The translations under genes and the position numbers were made by a program. Positions 30,828-39,431 of a stretch of 64,000 nt of DNA are shown piece after piece. The notes under the pieces are model-generated. The model was given only the letters and a program-made list of their open reading frames with translations. It made no database searches and was not told the origin of the DNA. Position 1 is the stretch's first letter. Each line of letters begins with the position of its first letter. Origin of the DNA: an uncultured Thermoleophilia bacterium (GTDB lineage: Bacteria; Actinomycetota; Thermoleophilia; UBA2241); NCBI GenBank assembly GCA_963713475.1, contig CAVQLY010000005.1, forward strand, positions 77,955 to 141,954, in the 5' to 3' direction.

Positions 30828-30954
30828 ATGCCCAAAGGACGACTCCGACTCCTGGTCACGGGCAACGCGACAACGCATCGCCGAGGGACAGTGCGTCTCG
30901 TCAGGCGGCATGTCGGCAGTCCTGCCCACCGCCACGCTCACCGTCGCCCAGGAA

Positions 30955-30971
30955 TCACTGGATTCCGGTGA
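30955..30971 (+). promoter_or_regulatory. P palindrome, copy 2 (tcactggattccggtga, one mismatch)
   Basis: Sits within the conserved context gccacgctcaccgtcgcccaggaa-P-agacaacgcc, about 69 nt upstream of ATG 31032. Confidence 0.55.
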
Positions 30972-31031
30972 AGACAACGCCATCCATCGCCCGTAGCGTT
31001 ACCTGTGACATCGCGCGAGAGGGGGCACCTC

Positions 31032-33491
31032 ATGAGCGACGAACCGACTTCCGAGAACTCTCCCACTCCATCAGACGAGGGCGGCCTGGTGATGAGGTCC
31101 ACCGACCCGCCGCCGGGACAGGTCGAGAGTGCGGCGGGCGAAAGCCGCGGGCGGTGGATGCGCTGGAAGGCGAGGGCGAACAGGATCCTCCCTCGCCGTC
31201 CGTCCGAGCCCGAAGATGGCATGACCAGCCTCGTACCAGGGGTCATCCTGTTCCTGTGTCTTCTGGGCGTGGCCGTGCTGTCCATCCTCGCGATCACGCT
31301 GCCCACTCCGCTGCCGGAGAGCGCACCGGTGGACCAGTACTCCGCGGCGCGGGCCATGGCCCACATCCGGTCGCTGGCCGCACGATCCCACGCGGTCGGC
31401 ACGCCGGCGCACGCCGAGGCGGAGGCGTACCTCATCGCTCAGCTGAAGCAGCTCGGGCTCGAGACCCAGGTGCAGCGGTCGCTTGGGGTCAATCCCGAGA
31501 ACCTCAAGGACGTGACACACGTGGAGAACGTCCTCGCCCGGCTGCGTGGCTCCGAAAGCGGAGGGAAGGCCGTCCTTCTGATGGCGCACTACGACTCCGT
31601 GCCGACCGGGCCCGGGGCAGCCGATGACGCCTCGGGCTGCGCCACCCTGCTGGAGACCGCCCGTGCCCTGACGGCCGGAGGCCCGTCGCCGGCGAACGAC
31701 GTCATCTTCCTGTTCACCGATGGAGAGGAAGAGTGGGTGATGGGCTCGGAGGCCTTCGTCCGGGAGCACCCCTGGGCGAAGGACGTCGGCGTCGCACTCA
31801 ACGTGGATTGCGAGGGCCTGACCGGCGGCGCAGTCAGGATCAACGACGTCAGCCCTGACAGCGAGTGGCTGATCTCAGAGTTGACCGGCGCTGCCCCAAA
31901 CGCCTACGCCACCTCCTTCATTCCGGACTTCGACCGCGTGTTCCCGACCGGTGGAGCCAACGACTTCACCACAGTCTTCAAGACTGCCGGCATTCCAGGC
32001 TTCCTGGCCAGCTCCGATGGCGGCCCCATCTATCACGTCAGCGTGCTGGAGGATCCTGCACACGTGCACCTGGACTCCCTGCAACACCAGGGGACGTACG
32101 CCCTTGCGTTCGCTCGCCGCTTCGGGAGTCTCGATCTCACCGTTGCGCATCACGGTGCGGCCGTCTATTTCAACGCGGTCGGGAACCACCTCATGGTCGT
32201 CTACCCGACCAGCTGGGTCATTCCGCTGGCGATCCTGGCAGCCCTGGCGTGGGCCTGCGCGCTGGTGTTCGGGCTGCGCTGGGGGCAGGTCTCGGTGCGG
32301 GGCATCCTCCTGGGGGTGTTGGCCTCGCTCATCGTCATGGCAGCCATGGCCGCGATGGGCTTCCTGCTCTGGCGCCTGATAACGACCATCTATCCGCAGT
32401 ACACGAAGTGGGGCGGTGACATCTTCAACGCCCTCTACTACTGGCTCGCCTTCCTGGCGCTCGGCGTGGGGCTGGGCGCGCTGCTCCACATCGGCTTTCG
32501 CACCCGGATCCGGACGGCGGAACTGGCGCTGGGAGGTCTGTCGGTGTGGCTGGCGTTGGCCGTGATCTTCGGCATCTGGGTGCCAGGCGCCTCCTACGTC
32601 GTCACTTGGCCGTTGCTGTTCGCCGGCATCGGCGTATCGGGATGGTTCGCCCTGCGCCACCGAGGCTCCGCGACGGCCTGGAGGATCGGCTGGCTGGTGC
32701 TGTATGCAGTCCCTGCCTTCGCGCTGATGGTCCCCTTGTTCTACCTGGCGCTGTTCCCGCCGGACTTCTGGATCGTCTTGCTCTTCGCGGGTCTGCTGGT
32801 CGGGCTGCTGGCGCCGCATCTTGCGATCGTCGCACGGCCGCGCAAGTGGTGGCTCCCGGTCCTCATGGGAGTCGTCGCCGTGGCCTTCCTCGTCGCCGGG
32901 CATCTCACGTCGGCCTACACGCCCCAGCGCCCGCTCCCCGACGGCGTCACGTATGCCCTGAGCGCGGACACGGGCAAGGCCTACTGGGTCTCGTGGTACG
33001 AGCTGGATCCCTGGACGGAGCAGTTCTTCCAGGAGGCGGACGCCGGCGGTGACTGCAGTGACATCTGGCCTGAGGTCACGTCGTCCTACAAGGCGCAGGC
33101 TCCTCGGGCCGATCTCGCTGCGCCGACTGTGGAAGTACTGCCCACGACGGCTTCCGGCATCTTCCGTCTGCGAATCGTACCGGCCCCGGGGACGTGGTCG
33201 ATCTACGTCAGCACCGTGCCAAAGGCGAGACCGGTCACGTACTACGTGGACGCCAAGCCTCTGAAGTCCGACGGCTGGACCGCCTACTGGGCTCCGCCCG
33301 CGGAGGGCTACAACCTGTCCGTGAAGACACGTGGTCACTCGCTCAAGCTGCGCGTGATGGCTCAGACCCTCGGGCTGCCGACGATCCCGGACTTCACGTA
33401 CGAGGCTCGTCCGGCTTGGATCGTGCCCTCGGAGGACTACTGGGAGAACACGACCTGGGTCGCCAAGACCGTCTCCCTTGAGAAGGAGTAG
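31032..33491 (+). CDS. M28-family metallopeptidase fused to a polytopic membrane domain
   Basis: ORF 31005..33491. ATG 31032 is preceded by gagaggggg. Motifs MAHYDSVPTGPGAADDASG and FLFTDGEEEWVMGSEAF, followed by about 8 hydrophobic helices. Confidence 0.8.
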   Translation: MSDEPTSENSPTPSDEGGLVMRSTDPPPGQVESAAGESRGRWMRWKARANRILPRRPSEPEDGMTSLVPGVILFLCLLGVAVLSILAITLPTPLPESAPVDQYSAARAMAHIRSLAARSHAVGTPAHAEAEAYLIAQLKQLGLETQVQRSLGVNPENLKDVTHVENVLARLRGSESGGKAVLLMAHYDSVPTGPGAADDASGCATLLETARALTAGGPSPANDVIFLFTDGEEEWVMGSEAFVREHPWAKDVGVALNVDCEGLTGGAVRINDVSPDSEWLISELTGAAPNAYATSFIPDFDRVFPTGGANDFTTVFKTAGIPGFLASSDGGPIYHVSVLEDPAHVHLDSLQHQGTYALAFARRFGSLDLTVAHHGAAVYFNAVGNHLMVVYPTSWVIPLAILAALAWACALVFGLRWGQVSVRGILLGVLASLIVMAAMAAMGFLLWRLITTIYPQYTKWGGDIFNALYYWLAFLALGVGLGALLHIGFRTRIRTAELALGGLSVWLALAVIFGIWVPGASYVVTWPLLFAGIGVSGWFALRHRGSATAWRIGWLVLYAVPAFALMVPLFYLALFPPDFWIVLLFAGLLVGLLAPHLAIVARPRKWWLPVLMGVVAVAFLVAGHLTSAYTPQRPLPDGVTYALSADTGKAYWVSWYELDPWTEQFFQEADAGGDCSDIWPEVTSSYKAQAPRADLAAPTVEVLPTTASGIFRLRIVPAPGTWSIYVSTVPKARPVTYYVDAKPLKSDGWTAYWAPPAEGYNLSVKTRGHSLKLRVMAQTLGLPTIPDFTYEARPAWIVPSEDYWENTTWVAKTVSLEKE

Positions 33492-33516
33492 GCGTCAGGC
33501 CCACGGGCTTTGATAC

Positions 33517-33685
33517 CACTGACGGAGGTGCTGCAGTTCCACCCCGCGGTGTTCTGCTGTCTCGGTGGCTGCCCATGAGGTGCGTGGAGCGCCTGCAAAT
33601 GGGCGGAGGCTGTGCGCTCTCGGCGTCACCCGTCTCGCAGACGCGAGGTTGAGTCAGGCCAGTCCCGTGGGCAGATCCGTGGGCA
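33517..33685 (-). repeat. Truncated tRNA-Cys 3' fragment (33517..33537) + type-1 conserved arm (33538..33685)
   Basis: ccactgacggaggtgctgcag aligns to ccgctgatggaggttttgcag of the other copies. The arm is roughly 85-90% identical by eye to 35279..35440 and 36786..36934. Confidence 0.6.
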
Positions 33686-33702
33686 GCAGGCCGGCCGCGA
33701 AA

Positions 33703-33734
33703 GAGGCCCGCCGCCCTCACGGGTAGCGGGCCTC
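33703..33734 (-). terminator. Hairpin H, copy 1 (GC-rich stem, GUGA loop in gene orientation)
   Basis: gaggcccgccgccctcacgggtagcgggcctc, 117 nt past the stop at 33851. Confidence 0.6.
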
Positions 33735-33850
33735 TTCGGGAAGCTGGCGGCCGGGTTCCGATCAGAGAGGCCGGGCCGCCTGCGAGAGGCTGCGCTCAGC
33801 ACACGTCTCGATCGGTAGCGCCGCCCAAGCCGCACTCGGCGGCCGACGCA

Positions 33851-34444
33851 TCACTTGACCACGAAGGTCACGTCGTCCCAACTGGTCCAGTCGTGCGGAG
33901 GCACGAGCTGGTACTCCCACGGATGGGCGAACAGCGGGTCGGCCATCGTGCGCGGGAACTTGTCGCTGTAGGACACCTTGTAGGTGCCGCGCGCGAGCGG
34001 CGGCATCGGGACGAGCCAGTCCCTGCCCCACACCCCCGCTTGGCTGCCGTTGTAGGGAGCGACCATCATTTCGGGATGGTCGGTCATCCAGGCGTTCCAG
34101 AGATATGGGGCGCCCCAGTAGCTCTGGCACGTGGAGGCATCGACCGTCTTGATCACCAACGCCGGCCGCGGAGACACTCTCGTGACCTCGAGCTTGATCA
34201 ACATGCTCTCCGACTGATTGATGATGCCGCCACGAGTGATGGCGACCCAGGAGGAGCCGACCCTGACGTCGGCCCTCGCCGTCGCGGGCACGCTCTTCGC
34301 GGGCCCCCACGTCATGGTCGCATCATCCACCCAGCTGACGCTTCCGTCGGGACCCACCTGGTAGTAGAAGTCGGCCAGCGCGGGCGCCGCGCTCGCCAGG
34401 AGCAACAGCAAGGCGCAACACAGCAGGAACAGCAGCTTCGTCAT
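33851..34444 (-). CDS. Secreted Trp-rich protein of unknown function (paralog of 19669..20355)
   Basis: GGAGGG RBS. Signal peptide MTKLLFLLCCALLLLLASAAPALA. Intact 197-aa ORF. Confidence 0.7.
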   Translation of the reverse strand: MTKLLFLLCCALLLLLASAAPALADFYYQVGPDGSVSWVDDATMTWGPAKSVPATARADVRVGSSWVAITRGGIINQSESMLIKLEVTRVSPRPALVIKTVDASTCQSYWGAPYLWNAWMTDHPEMMVAPYNGSQAGVWGRDWLVPMPPLARGTYKVSYSDKFPRTMADPLFAHPWEYQLVPPHDWTSWDDVTFVVK

Positions 34445-34508
34445 GACGCCCTCCGATCTTCGGCACTCGGACTACGAGATCATCATCGAAGCGTCGGGCG
34501 GCCCCGTC

Positions 34509-34527
34509 ATCACCGGAATCCGGTGAT
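34509..34527 (-). promoter_or_regulatory. P palindrome, copy 3
   Basis: atcaccggaatccggtgat, about 74 nt upstream of ATG 34444. Confidence 0.6.
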
Positions 34528-34564
34528 TCTTGCGTGCCGATGAGCGTGACAGATCGCAGTCGAT

Positions 34565-34602
34565 GCTCTGTGCGTGTGGGCAAAGTCCCCGAAACGGTGG
34601 CC
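34565..34602 (-). repeat. Box B, copy 1
   Basis: The reverse complement reads ggccaccgtttcggggactttgcccacacgcacagagc. It starts 10 nt after hairpin H copy 2 in gene orientation. Confidence 0.6.
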
Positions 34603-34612
34603 GGCCGCAGAA

Positions 34613-34644
34613 GGGGCCCGCCGCCCTCACGGGCGGCGGGCCTC
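34613..34644 (-). terminator. Hairpin H, copy 2 (fully paired variant)
   Basis: ggggcccgccgccctcacgggcggcgggcctc. The internal loop of the consensus is closed here by C-G/G-C pairs. Confidence 0.6.
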
Positions 34645-34779
34645 CGCGCAGAGTGAGCGGTATGGACGCGACCATTCCGCGCGCAATGGCGTGGGCGACG
34701 CGGCCGATACCGTCGTGAACTGGTTGCGACGTCACGCGGCTATCGCGGGCGGCCCGTGCGCGTCAGGCTGATGCGCTGG

Positions 34780-35031
34780 TCAGGCCACCGGCTTCGCCGG
34801 CGGTGAATGATGCCGCAACAGGGTCATGACGAATGTGACCACGGCGCCGATGATGCCCACCGCAAGTCCAAGAACGCCGCCGAAGGCGATTAGGGACCCG
34901 ACGGCGGTAGTACCCGTGCTGGATTGGTCGCTGATGGTTGCGCCGAGGACGAACGCGAGGACCGACACGGCGGCCAGCAGCAGGAACCACCACGTCCGTT
35001 TCCACTTCGATGTCGAGAGTACCCCAGACAT
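34780..35031 (-). CDS. Small two-TM membrane protein (83 aa), unknown function
   Basis: ORF 34780..35178. ATG 35031 is preceded by aaaggggcgggag. Sequence WWFLLLAAVSVLAFVLG...GVLGLAVGIIGAVVTFVM. Confidence 0.5.
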   Translation of the reverse strand: MSGVLSTSKWKRTWWFLLLAAVSVLAFVLGATISDQSSTGTTAVGSLIAFGGVLGLAVGIIGAVVTFVMTLLRHHSPPAKPVA

Positions 35032-35234
35032 GACTCCCGCCCCTTTCTGGCTCCGGCTCCGGGGAGTACCCCGAGAAGCGCGGAGACCGGCCTCGCGGGC
35101 CGGTCTCACCAGTGGCTCACCGCCGGTGCGTGGTGGCCGCGTACGTGCCGCCGACGGGTCAACGCCTCCCACAAGCATGGTACTCCCCGGTCAACGCGCC
35201 CTCGTGTTCATCGGGGCCACACGCGGAGAGAAGT

Positions 35235-35440
35235 TGGAGGCGGCGAGCGGAGTCGAACCGCTGATGGAGGTTTTGCAGTTCCATCCCGCAGTGTTCTGCT
35301 GTCCCAGTGGCTGCCCGTGAGTTGCACAGAACGCCTGCAAATGAGCGGAGGCTGTGCGCTCTCGGCGTCACCCGTCTCGCAGGCGCGAGATTGGGGCGGG
35401 CCAGTCCCGTGGGCAGATCGGTGCGCAGATCGGTGGGCAG
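35235..35440 (-). repeat. tRNA-Cys(GCA) 3' half (35235..35278) + type-1 conserved arm
   Basis: The reverse complement reads CTGCAAAACCTCCATC-AGCGGTTCGACTCCGCT-CGCCGCC-T-CCA, i.e. anticodon loop, T-arm, acceptor 3' strand, discriminator U and CCA. No 5' half is present. Confidence 0.7.
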
Positions 35441-35608
35441 CCCGGCCGATATCTGCGGACTGGGTTCGCCACGGCGGCGGCCCGTGCCGGCGCCGAGGAA
35501 CGCGACATCATGCGGCAGACGGGACGCCGTTCCACGGTCATGGTCAGGCGCTACATACGCGGCGGCAGTCTGTTCCGCAGCAACGCAGCCTCGGTGGTCG
35601 GCCTCTAG
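35441..35608 (+). pseudogene. Tyrosine-recombinase (integrase) C-terminal stump
   Basis: RYLRTGFATAAARAGAEERDIMRQTGRRSTVMVRRYIRGGSLFRSNAASVVGL. This is the box II region with the RRY catalytic-Tyr context. Nothing recognisable lies upstream. Confidence 0.6.
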
Positions 35609-35620
35609 AGAGGCTCGTGA

Positions 35621-35652
35621 AGAGGCCCACCGCCGTCACGGGTAGCGGGCCT
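35621..35652 (-). terminator. Hairpin H, copy 3 (degenerate, 2 mismatches)
   Basis: gaggcccaccgccgtcacgggtagcgggcctc, between the integrase stump end (35608) and the lipoprotein stop (35690). Confidence 0.5.
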
Positions 35653-35689
35653 CGGTGCGAAGAAGGCGGCCGGGACCCGGGCACTCAAC

Positions 35690-36394
35690 CTAAGGCGTGG
35701 GCGAGGCGACCGACACCGGGCGGAACTTGAAGTTGGGGGTCATGAAAAGATACCCCGACTCGCGCGTGGGGTAGACGAATCCCTCGGCCTCCTCGTCGGC
35801 TTCGAAGAAGTCCACCTCCCCCTGCGCGCGGTTGCCTGTCTCGGCCGCCCACACCAGACCCTTGGGGAAGTTGACCTCCGGGTCGAAGGGCGCCATGGCG
35901 TAGGTGACGACGATGTACGTCCTGCCAGCACGCAGGGTGACCGGCGCGACCTTGACGAAACGGTAGCACGCTTCCAGTGGACTGTTCCGCTGGACCATGC
36001 CTCTGACGAGCAGCTTCTTCGTCGCCATATCGTAGATGCCCGTGGGGTGGGCGTGGCGCAGCCCGTTGCCGCCGTCGTCGAAGTAGCCGAGGTGCGTCAC
36101 TTGGATGTCGACCGTGGGCTTGAAGGTCCAGCCGAGCGAAGTCTCACCGATGTCGGTGGTCGCGTCATCAGGGGGAGGGAACGTGGCGGCCGGGATGGGC
36201 TTGGCTCCCGGCGTCCACGTGTGGGTCGGAGTGGGCGTCGGCGTACTGCTGACGGTGGCAGCGACGCTCGGAGACGGTGCCGCAGTCCCGGTTGTTGCGG
36301 TGTCCGAGCCGCCGCAGGCGGCGAGCACCAGAGCTACGGCGGCGAACGCCGCCAGCGCGGCGGCCCAGATGATCTTCCTCAGACGAGATTCCAT
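35690..36394 (-). CDS. Lipoprotein, DUF4082-like beta-sandwich suggested (paralog of 39432..40094)
   Basis: ORF 35690..36412. GGGAGGGA RBS before ATG 36394. Lipobox LVLAACGG, then a Thr/Pro/Ser linker, then GWTFKPTVDIQVTHLGYFDD...RAGRTYIVVTY. Confidence 0.7.
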   Translation of the reverse strand: MESRLRKIIWAAALAAFAAVALVLAACGGSDTATTGTAAPSPSVAATVSSTPTPTPTHTWTPGAKPIPAATFPPPDDATTDIGETSLGWTFKPTVDIQVTHLGYFDDGGNGLRHAHPTGIYDMATKKLLVRGMVQRNSPLEACYRFVKVAPVTLRAGRTYIVVTYAMAPFDPEVNFPKGLVWAAETGNRAQGEVDFFEADEEAEGFVYPTRESGYLFMTPNFKFRPVSVASPTP

Positions 36395-36449
36395 GGCCCC
36401 GATCCCTCCCATCGTGTGACCACGTCGGACGCCGCGTCAGTCCGCCTTC

Positions 36450-36507
36450 GGGAGTCCCGTATGACGAGACTTGTACGCCCGGTTCGTCATGGCGACAAGC
36501 GTTTATC
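36450..36507 (-). promoter_or_regulatory. Type-2 leader/promoter block, copy 1
   Basis: gggagtcccgtatgacgagacttgtacgcccggttcgtcatggcgacaagcgtttatc. In gene orientation it contains TTGTCG-N17-TACAAG. Confidence 0.45.
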
Positions 36508-36557
36508 GCCCCTGCAGGCCGACGGGAGCGTGGCTGCCGATCTCGCGTGGCCGGACG

Positions 36558-36597
36558 TCCTCTGTGCGTGTGGGCCGGTCCACGAACGGCGGCCGGC
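36558..36597 (-). repeat. Box B, copy 2 (divergent, no adjacent H)
   Basis: Plus-strand sequence cctctgtgcgtgtgggccggtccacgaacggcggccggcc. Confidence 0.45.
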
Positions 36598-36741
36598 CAG
36601 TCGCAGGGAGGACGGCCGGTCTGCCGGCAGGGACGGTGCAGCAGGAGGGCATCATTGGGCAAGACGCAGGCAGCCATGCTGCTTCGCAGGAATGCGGGAC
36701 TGCAGCGGGCACCAGAAGGTGGCCAGGCACAGGACAGAAGT

Positions 36742-36934
36742 TGGAGGCGGCGAGCGGAGTCGAACCGCTGATGGAGGTCTTGCAGTCCCATCCCGCAGTG
36801 TTCCGCTGTCTCAGTGGCCGCCCCTGAGTTGCACAGAACGCCTGCAAATGTGCGGAGGCTGTGCGCCCTCGGCGTCACCCGTCTCGCTGACGCGAGGTTG
36901 AGTCAGGCCAGTCCCGTGGGCAGATGCGTGGGCA
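36742..36934 (-). repeat. tRNA-Cys 3' half (36742..36785) + type-1 conserved arm
   Basis: tggaggcggcgagcggagtcgaaccgctgatggaggtcttgcag. The arm aligns to the 33.5 kb and 35.3 kb copies. Confidence 0.7.
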
Positions 36935-36963
36935 ACGCCGCGGGCGACTTGCCGGTCGCGGAT

Positions 36964-36995
36964 GAGGCCCGCTGCCCTCACGGGGGGCGGGCCTC
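36964..36995 (-). terminator. Hairpin H, copy 4
   Basis: gaggcccgctgccctcacggggggcgggcctc, 35 nt past the stop at 37031. Confidence 0.6.
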
Positions 36996-37030
36996 CTGCT
37001 ATCAGATGTCCGGGTGCGTTCGGTACCCGA

Positions 37031-37531
37031 TCACCGTCCCGCGATGAAGATGTCTGCGTAGCCGGTGATGTAGACCGGCCCGGCCTCGTTCAGCGCAGAG
37101 GTGAGGCCTATCGCCTTCGTCTTGTGTCCGACCAGCCACTGGTACTGCGGCGAGGCGGCCGTCACCCGCCCGTTGGCCTGGAACCTGTAGGTGCTCACGA
37201 AGTTGTAGACGCCCACCTGGTAGCCGCTGATCGTCACGGGGGCGACGGCGTCAGCGTCGTACCCGCCGACGTAGATGGTCCAGTCCTCGATGAAGTGCTG
37301 GGTCCTGCCGGTGTACCGGCTGAGTGCGCCGCCGTCCCGCTCGACGTAGGCGATGTCGCCGTTGATGGCGCCCGTGATGGGGCCGAACCAGTCGCCAATG
37401 GGGTTGATGTCAGGAGCGACCGAGAGGTCCGTATGGCACCTGAGCGGCGCGTTGCTCTTGGACTGCGCCGCAGCCGGCCCCGCCAGCGCGAGCACGAGCA
37501 GTGCCAGAGTGATGAACAGTACCTTTCTCAT
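37031..37531 (-). CDS. Secreted beta-rich protein of unknown function (166 aa)
   Basis: ORF 37031..37696. GGGGAGG RBS before ATG 37531. Signal peptide MRKVLFITLALLVLALAGPAAA. Confidence 0.7.
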   Translation of the reverse strand: MRKVLFITLALLVLALAGPAAAQSKSNAPLRCHTDLSVAPDINPIGDWFGPITGAINGDIAYVERDGGALSRYTGRTQHFIEDWTIYVGGYDADAVAPVTISGYQVGVYNFVSTYRFQANGRVTAASPQYQWLVGHKTKAIGLTSALNEAGPVYITGYADIFIAGR

Positions 37532-37596
37532 TGCGCTACCTCCCCAGTGTCGTGACCTGCGATGCATCAGTGTGCGGCGTTCGCGGCGCACTGTCA

Positions 37597-37613
37597 TCAC
37601 CGGAATCCGGTGA
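37597..37613 (-). promoter_or_regulatory. P palindrome, copy 4
   Basis: tcaccggaatccggtga, about 76 nt upstream of ATG 37531. Confidence 0.6.
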
Positions 37614-37650
37614 TTTCTGGGTGCCGGCGAACGTGACAGATGCTGTCGGT

Positions 37651-37690
37651 GCGCTTGGTGCGTGTGGACAAAGTCCCCGAAGCGGTGGCC
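37651..37690 (-). repeat. Box B, copy 3
   Basis: The reverse complement reads ggccaccgcttcggggactttgtccacacgcaccaagcgc. It starts 10 nt after hairpin H copy 5. Confidence 0.6.
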
Positions 37691-37700
37691 GGTCAAAGAA

Positions 37701-37732
37701 GAGGCCCGCTGCCCTCACGGGTGGCGGGCCTC
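37701..37732 (-). terminator. Hairpin H, copy 5
   Basis: gaggcccgctgccctcacgggtggcgggcctc. It follows a roughly 210-bp slot (37733..37945) with no gene. Confidence 0.6.
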
Positions 37733-37945
37733 TGCCAGCTGAACTGAGAGCCGCCCGCCGCAGCTCGGGAGAATGCTGACAAGTCAGCCGTCCAAGACGT
37801 GCCTACCTTGTCGCTTCCCCAGCGCATCACGCCGGTATCCATCCCTAGCGTGTCGCGCTGCGCCATGCCGAGCATCTGCGACGGGCACCTTGATACTGCG
37901 CGCCTTCGGCGGCGGCCACAAGCGTTGGCCCCAGCGTTCAGGCAA

Positions 37946-37979
37946 GAAGGCCCGCTGCCCTCACGGGTGGCGGGCCTCC
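37946..37979 (-). terminator. Hairpin H, copy 6
   Basis: gaaggcccgctgccctcacgggtggcgggcctcc, 17 nt past the GYD stop at 37995. Confidence 0.6.
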
Positions 37980-37994
37980 TGCTGTCGTGCGCCG

Positions 37995-38288
37995 TCAGGG
38001 CAACTGGCTCACAAGGCCGGCGAACTCCTCAGGCGTGAAGGCGCGGAGCGTCTGAGTGGTGACATAGCCCTGAGCGGCCAGCGCCATCGCCGTCACGGCT
38101 GCGACCTCGTCGCTGGGACCTTCTGCCACCGCCACGTAGTCGTAGGCGCCCATCGTGGCTCTGAAGCAGACCATCTTCCCGCCCGCGGCCTCGAGCGCCT
38201 TGATGCCCGCGTCGATCCGCGCCGGCGCGCCCTTGAGGTCGGCAAGTCCCTTCGGGGTCATGTTGAAGAGAAGGACGAACTGCGCCAT
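37995..38288 (-). CDS. GYD-domain protein (97 aa)
   Basis: MAQFVLLFNMTPKGLADLKGAPARIDAGIKALEAAGGKMVCFRATMGAYDYVAVAEGP, with the characteristic G-x-YD core. Confidence 0.8.
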   Translation of the reverse strand: MAQFVLLFNMTPKGLADLKGAPARIDAGIKALEAAGGKMVCFRATMGAYDYVAVAEGPSDEVAAVTAMALAAQGYVTTQTLRAFTPEEFAGLVSQLP

Positions 38289-38376
38289 GGTGCACCTCCT
38301 GTGCCGTGGCGTCGCATCCTCTGTGCGGCGCCGTCACCAACCACCTCTACGGTAGGTGTGGCGAGCGCCGCCGTCT

Positions 38377-38393
38377 TCACCGGAATCCGGTGA
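38377..38393 (-). promoter_or_regulatory. P palindrome, copy 5
   Basis: tcaccggaatccggtga, about 96 nt upstream of ATG 38288. The upstream context gctcgccgtcgcccaagaa is conserved. Confidence 0.6.
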
Positions 38394-38441
38394 TTCTTGG
38401 GCGACGGCGAGCATCGGCGGCGACTTCCCCCGGCCAGCAAA

Positions 38442-38473
38442 GTGGCCCGCTGCCCTCACGGGTGGCGGGCCTC
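38442..38473 (-). terminator. Hairpin H, copy 7
   Basis: gtggcccgctgccctcacgggtggcgggcctc. It is followed in gene orientation by a truncated box B. Confidence 0.6.
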
Positions 38474-38583
38474 TGTGTGAGGCGGGCGGCGGTCACAAGG
38501 CTCCTCGGGCGCATGACGAGTGGCGATCCCGGCGACGCACCGTGCCGGATGCGGAGCCGTCCAGTCAGTAGGTTGTCGGCATG

Positions 38584-39124
38584 TCACGGGGCGGGACTGG
38601 CGGTCGGCAGATCCTTCAGGTGCACGGTCTTGTCGTACACGACTCTGTTTGTGCTCTTCTGGTCGTTGTCGTTGGCCCCGACGCTTCCCGCGAGGCCCTC
38701 CTCCGCAGTCCAGACCAGGCTGTCGGGGTCGTCCGGCGCCTTGGCGATCTGGAAGCCCCACGTGTAGCCCGAGTCCTTGTTGTACATGGTGAATCGAATC
38801 GCTGTCCTTCCACCGGTTCTTCTTCACGTATTCCGTGATGTCGATCCACCCGCTGTCGTCGAGGTAGCCGGCCTTCTTCACAAGGTCCCCGTTGACATAC
38901 GCCTTGCCCACTTCATCGACGTTGTAGATGCGGAGATACCATCCTTCACTCGCCGGAGTGGGGCTGGGCGTCGGGCTGACGGCCACCGCCGCGATGGGCG
39001 AGCTCGAAGGCGAGTCAGACGCAATGGTAGTTGTGCCACCGCAGGCTGCGAGCACCAGAGCCGCAGCGATGAACAGCGCGAGCGTCGCAACCCAGATGGA
39101 CTTCCTCAGGCTTGAGCGTCTCAT
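38584..39124 (-). pseudogene. Lipoprotein (lectin-like beta-sandwich?) with one frameshift near 38790
   Basis: ATG 39124 gives MRRSSLRKSIWVATLALFIAAALVLAACGG...ITEYVKKNRWKD. The sequence then continues in another frame as (AIRFT)MYNKDSGYTWGFQIAKAPDD... to the stop at 38584. Confidence 0.6.
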
Positions 39125-39181
39125 GACTCCGATCCCCCCCCATCGCGCCACCACGTCGGACGCCCGTGCCGGTCCGCTCTC

Positions 39182-39239
39182 GGGAGTCCCGTATGACGAA
39201 ACTTGTACGCCCGGTTCGTCGTGGCGACAAGCGTTTGTC
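39182..39239 (-). promoter_or_regulatory. Type-2 leader/promoter block, copy 2
   Basis: gggagtcccgtatgacgaaacttgtacgcccggttcgtcgtggcgacaagcgtttgtc. Confidence 0.45.
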
Positions 39240-39288
39240 ACCGTCGCCGGACAACGGGTGGGTGGACCGCTTTCGGACCTGACCGGAC

Positions 39289-39332
39289 GCTCTGTGCGTG
39301 GACGGAGGCCCCTAGACGGCAGTCGGTCGGCC
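39289..39332 (-). repeat. Box B, copy 4 (divergent)
   Basis: gctctgtgcgtggacggaggcccctagacggcagtcggtcggcc, starting 9 nt after hairpin H copy 8. Confidence 0.45.
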
Positions 39333-39341
39333 GTCGCAAAA

Positions 39342-39373
39342 GAGGCCCGCTGCCCTCACGGGTGGCGGGCCTC
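39342..39373 (-). terminator. Hairpin H, copy 8
   Basis: gaggcccgctgccctcacgggtggcgggcctc, 59 nt past the stop at 39432. Confidence 0.6.
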
Positions 39374-39431
39374 TGGCGAGACGAACGACCCTGCCCGCCA
39401 TACCTCGGGTCTACGGCGCCCGCGAAGTGAC

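Noticed and set aside
35235-35440. Intact tRNA-Cys, a tRNA with a group I intron, or a tmRNA hidden in the tRNA-like fragments and their arms.
   Set aside because: No complementary acceptor 5' strand (GGCGGCG), D-arm or matching anticodon stem is found within several hundred nt in any copy. The acceptor lacks the G-U pair and GGGG start expected of tmRNA.
37733-37945. Small ORF 37693..37875 (-) in the slot between H copies 5 and 6.
   Set aside because: It has no RBS and no signal peptide, and it runs through hairpin H. It is more likely an empty or decayed cassette slot.
33703-39373. Hairpin H copies read as a CRISPR array.
   Set aside because: Spacing is irregular (0.2-1.6 kb) and the intervals contain genes with RBSs and signal peptides. 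There are no cas genes. The repeat is a single strong hairpin of terminator type.
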